DNA of 58,433 bases from Chloroflexota bacterium (GTDB lineage: Bacteria; Chloroflexota; Anaerolineae; CG2-30-64-16): the NCBI GenBank assembly GCA_037445695.1, contig JBBIKA010000003.1, positions 1-58,433 of the forward strand. Reading direction: 5' to 3'. The notes beneath the pieces were generated by a model. That model was not told the origin of the DNA. It ran no database searches and saw only the letters and a program-made list of their open reading frames with translations. The translations under genes and the position numbers were made by a program. This document shows positions 55,157 to 58,433 of this stretch, in pieces. Positions within the stretch are counted from its first letter, which is position 1. Every line of letters begins with the position of its first letter.

Positions 55157-57715
55157 TCATGGGGCCCATTTGAGGAGCGGGAGGACGAACGGGACGGGCA
55201 AGGCCGGATGATGCGGCCGGACGCGCACGCCGTAGCGCACCGCGCCCTGCTCCACCGGGCCGAGCACGGCCTGGTAACGATACTCGCCGTTCGTGCCGGA
55301 CATCAGCTCCATCGGCACGACGCGGGTCGGCGCGAGATGACCGTCGCGTTCGACCCCGTAGACCAGCTCGACCGCCAGAAACTCGGGGGGCAGCGGCCCC
55401 GGCCGCACGAGGGCGCGCACGGTCACGGCTTCGTCGCCCCTGGCCTCTGCGACCGGCCGGCCGGCCACTTCCGCCGCAAACGCCTCGACGGCCACCTGCG
55501 GCCAGGCGGCCCGCACCTGCTGCTCCCAGAGGGCCAGTTCGTGCGCCAGCGCGCCGGCCTCGCTCTGCTGGCCGAAGCGGCCGGCCGGAAAGTAGTAACG
55601 GTTGCAGTATTCCTTCAACATGCGGGCCAGGCTGAAGACCGGCGCTATCGTCTGGATCGCCCGGCGCATCTTCTTCAGCCAGCCGTGGGGGATGCCGTCC
55701 GGGCCGCGGTCGTAGAAGAGCGGCACGATCTCGTTCTCGAGCGTGTCGTAGAGCGAGAGCGCGTCGGCCGCGTCTTGCGCGGCCTCGTCGGGATAGTCGC
55801 CGTCCTGGCCGATGGCCCAGCCGTTGGTGCCGTCATACCCCTCGCACCACCAGCCGTCCAGGACGCTGAAGTTGGGGATGCCGTTCAGGCCGGCCTTCTG
55901 GCCGCTCGTGCCGCTGGCCTCGTTCGGCCGGCGAGGGTTGTTCAGCCAGAGGTCTACGCCCGTGACCAGATGCCGCGCGATGTTGGCGTCGTACTCCTCA
56001 ACGAACAGGATGCGGCCGGCGAAGCCCGGCTGATGGCTGAGCTGGTAGATCTGCTGGATGAACGCCTTGCCCGGCTCGTCGGCCGGATGGGCCTTGCCCG
56101 CGAAGATGATCTGAACCGGCCGTTCGGGATCGTTCAGGATGCGCTTGAGGCGCTCGGGATCGCGGAAGATCAGGGTGGCCCGCTTGTAGGTGGCGAAGCG
56201 CCGCGCGAAGCCGATGGTGAGGGCGCGCGGATCGAGCCCGCGCGCGGCCACCGCCACCTCGACCGGCGTGGCGCCCGTGCGGGTGAGCTGACGCGCGGTG
56301 CGGCGACGCATGAGCTCGAGCATCTGGTTGCGCGCGCGGGTGTGCTGCGCCCACAGCTCGGCATCGGGGATGCGCTCGACCGCGGCCCAGGTGGTCGGGT
56401 CATCTATGGCCGTGCGCCAGCCGAAATCGAGATAGCGATCGAACAGCGCGGCCAGCTCGGGATGCAACCAGGTCTCGGTGTGCACGCCGTTGGTGATGTG
56501 GCCGATGGGCACTTCATCTACGGGCACATCGGGCCACAAGCTGCGCCACATGCGCCGGGCCACTGCGCCGTGCAGCTTGCTGACGCCGTTGGCGTAGGCG
56601 GCCGTGCGCAGCGCCAGGACGGTCATGCTGAACTGCGGCCCCCACGGATTCTGGAAGCGCCCCAGGTCGAGGAACCGTTCGCGATCGAGCCCCAGCCGGG
56701 GCCAGAAATCGGCGAAGAAGCGCTCCATCAGATCGAAGTTGAAGGCATCGTTGCCGGCCGGCACGGGCGTGTGGGTGGTGAAGAGCGCGTTGCCGCGCAC
56801 GGCCCACAGCGCCTCGGCGAAAGGCATCTTCTGCTCTTCGACGTATTCCCGCAGGCGCTCCAACTGGAGGAAGGCGGCGTGCCCCTCGTTCATGTGCCAG
56901 ACGTCGGGCCGGTAGCCGAGCGCGCGCAGCGCGCGCACGCCGCCGATGCCCAACACCACCTCCTGCGAGATGCGGATCTGCACATCGCCGCCGTAAAGCC
57001 GGGCCGATAGCTCGCGGTCGGCCGGCGCGTTGCGCTCCACATCGGTGTCCATCAGGAAGACCGGCACCCGGCCGACCTGGATGCGCCACACGCGGGCGTA
57101 GACGGTGCGGCCGGGCAGCTCCACGCTGATCATCACCTCGCGGCCGGCCGGATCCGTGGCCGGTCGCACCGGCACCTCGCCGAAATCCAGCTTCTCGTAG
57201 ATCGCCTCCTGGCGGCCGTTGGCGTCAATCTGCTGGCGAAAATAGCCTTGCGGATAGATGAAGCCGACGCCGACGAACGGCAGGCCCAGGTCGCTGGCCT
57301 CTTTGCAATGATCGCCGGCCAGGATGCCCAGGCCGCCGGAATAGATCGGCAGCGACTCGTGGAGGCCGAACTCGGCCGAGAAGTAGGCGATGGTGCGCAC
57401 GCCGGGCTGGGCGGTCTGAGAGGCATACCAGGTGCGCACCGGCCGCATGTAGGTGTCGAACGCATCCATGACGGCCGTGTAGCGCGTCCGATAGGCGCGG
57501 TCTTGCGCGGCCCGTTCCACCCGGGATTGGCCGACCCGACGCAAGAACTTCACAGGGTTATGATTGACCGCCTCCCAGAGCTCGGGGTCTATGTCGCGAT
57601 ACAGCGCCTGGGCGTGCGGGTTCCAGCTCCACCACAGGTTATAGGCCAGCTCGGCCAACCGTTCGATCGGTTGCGGCAAGCGCGCCACGATCGAGAGCAA
57701 ACCTGACAAGGTCAT
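55157..57715 (-). CDS. glgP: Alpha-glucan (glycogen/maltodextrin) phosphorylase, GT35
   Basis: ...LAYNLWWSWN...AYFSAEFG...LPIYSGGLGILAGDH... and the PLP region ...SGTSGQKAGLNG.... 852 aa. Confidence 0.95.
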   Translation of the reverse strand: MTLSGLLSIVARLPQPIERLAELAYNLWWSWNPHAQALYRDIDPELWEAVNHNPVKFLRRVGQSRVERAAQDRAYRTRYTAVMDAFDTYMRPVRTWYASQTAQPGVRTIAYFSAEFGLHESLPIYSGGLGILAGDHCKEASDLGLPFVGVGFIYPQGYFRQQIDANGRQEAIYEKLDFGEVPVRPATDPAGREVMISVELPGRTVYARVWRIQVGRVPVFLMDTDVERNAPADRELSARLYGGDVQIRISQEVVLGIGGVRALRALGYRPDVWHMNEGHAAFLQLERLREYVEEQKMPFAEALWAVRGNALFTTHTPVPAGNDAFNFDLMERFFADFWPRLGLDRERFLDLGRFQNPWGPQFSMTVLALRTAAYANGVSKLHGAVARRMWRSLWPDVPVDEVPIGHITNGVHTETWLHPELAALFDRYLDFGWRTAIDDPTTWAAVERIPDAELWAQHTRARNQMLELMRRRTARQLTRTGATPVEVAVAARGLDPRALTIGFARRFATYKRATLIFRDPERLKRILNDPERPVQIIFAGKAHPADEPGKAFIQQIYQLSHQPGFAGRILFVEEYDANIARHLVTGVDLWLNNPRRPNEASGTSGQKAGLNGIPNFSVLDGWWCEGYDGTNGWAIGQDGDYPDEAAQDAADALSLYDTLENEIVPLFYDRGPDGIPHGWLKKMRRAIQTIAPVFSLARMLKEYCNRYYFPAGRFGQQSEAGALAHELALWEQQVRAAWPQVAVEAFAAEVAGRPVAEARGDEAVTVRALVRPGPLPPEFLAVELVYGVERDGHLAPTRVVPMELMSGTNGEYRYQAVLGPVEQGAVRYGVRVRPHHPALPVPFVLPLLKWAP

Positions 57716-57860
57716 TTTGTCTCCTTACAAGCAGCCGCCGGTTGCGGCCGCCACGACTTCATTAATGTGCGGCCCATTATATGTCACAAGGGCGATCTGA
57801 GCAACTAAGTAAGTGTTCATCCTGAATTCATTCGGCGGCGGCGCCATTCACGAATCCGAT

Positions 57861-57903
57861 CACGAATGCACGAATCACGCGGCCTGCTATTCGTGCATTC
57901 GTG
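57861..57903. repeat. Family-D hairpin CACGAATGCACGAAT-(13 nt)-ATTCGTGCATTCGTG
   Basis: Perfect 15-bp stem. It is flanked by further CACGAAT / ATTCGTG half-sites (57848-57925). The same family occurs at 27512-27595. Confidence 0.85.
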
Positions 57904-58059
57904 TCCCATTCGTGGATGGCCCCCGCGGCGGCAGCGTCCGCGTGCGCGAGGCCGCCACTGCTGCGCGCGTCAGGCGGCCGGGCTAACGTCCTCACCCCAC
58001 CTCCTCGCCCCCATATGCGTCAACTTGACGTCTACGGTTGCCCCCGTCTTCGCCCCGCG

Positions 58060-58425
58060 AGAAGACCCCTCCCCCGGCCCTTCCCCTACACGGGGAGGGG
58101 AGCTATTCTCTCCCTTTCCTGTCAGGAGATGGAGGAGGGGTTTTGCGGCGGGCGGCTTCGCCGCCCGCCGCAAAACCTTTTTGGTTCTCCAGCTTCTGGC
58201 GGGACAAGAGGCATTTCGGCAATTCCGGATGCAGTGGCCCCTCTACCCCTGGCCCCGTTCCCCGCTTGGCGGGGAGGGGCCGGGGGATGAGGCCACGCAA
58301 GTTGCGAGTCCTGCCGTCTTCCCACCAAAAGCCGCAGAGCCACCTTTTTCCTACCCCTCCCCTCTCCCGCCCGCCTCACGGCGGGCGGGAGAGGAGAGGA
58401 GCAAGGGCGGGGTGAGGGTGATGAG
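58060..58425. repeat. Cluster of family-C and family-B repeat elements (at least C, B, C, C)
   Basis: Family B: 18-bp perfect stem GGTTTTGCGGCGGGCGGC/GCCGCCCGCCGCAAAACC (58139-58177). Family C: CCCCGCTTGGCGGGGAGGGGCCGGGGGATGAGG (about 58258-58292) and the 14-bp perfect stem CTCTCCCGCCCGCC/GGCGGGCGGGAGAG (58362-58393) with a GGGCGGGGTGAGGGTGATGAG tail. Confidence 0.85.
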
Positions 58426-58433
58426 ATGAACAC

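Noticed and set aside
58139-58182. Rho-independent terminator (18-bp GC stem followed by TTTTT)
   Set aside because: No gene ends upstream of it on the plus strand, because the region is upstream of minus-strand glgP. The hairpin belongs to dispersed family B, so terminator function here is unsupported, although it could block read-through from outside the window.

Overview
This is a 58.4-kb high-GC bacterial chromosomal segment. Gene content and the dense palindromic repeat families suggest a Chloroflexota-like organism, but that is inference only. No rRNA, tRNA or CRISPR was recognised.

Layout:
- 0-6.6 kb: a BNR propeller protein, a frameshifted SARP/AAA regulator, small secreted proteins, and a secreted astacin-type metalloprotease with a W-rich beta-propeller inserted in its catalytic domain.
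- 6.6-16.4 kb: a zone of gene decay. It holds a transposase-like remnant, a beta-helix remnant, an ABC exporter with an in-frame amber codon and no TM5-6, a nucleotidyltransferase remnant, a P-type ATPase with two frameshifts and a deletion of about 200 aa, a truncated STAS gene, and an oxidoreductase/metalloprotease chimera with an amber codon. Only a pirin gene and a RelE/ParE toxin-antitoxin pair remain intact.
- 16.5-23 kb: sixA, then a pstSCAB-phoU operon that ends in a GPP34/GOLPH3-family gene, with Pho-box-like repeats upstream.
- 23-25.3 kb: a DapA-like aldolase and an enolase-superfamily dehydratase.
- 25.3-47 kb: an envelope-glycosylation region. It includes a DegT aminotransferase, an SDR, a flippase-like protein, DUF2079, a GT39 ArnT/PMT-like enzyme, two GT2 enzymes, a Ppm1-like polyprenyl-phosphate sugar synthase, and a 1428-aa YfhO-Wzx fusion. 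Housekeeping genes hpf, osmC and pcm interrupt it.
- 47-57.7 kb: a eukaryote-type tandem phosphofructokinase, a CUT1 sugar ABC importer, a catalytically degenerate Xer-like protein, a LuxR-TM-Kelch regulator and glgP.

Best candidate for an undescribed system: the polyprenyl-phosphate-sugar glycosylation machinery, namely Ppm1 plus the fused YfhO glycosyltransferase/Wzx flippase, together with the neighbouring DUF2079 and GT39 enzymes.

Other notable points:
- At least five families of hairpin repeats are present. Two copies are translated in frame inside pstS and DUF2079.
- Heptanucleotide tracts lie in or next to glycosylation genes.

All calls come from reading the translations and sequence by eye. 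No searches were run.
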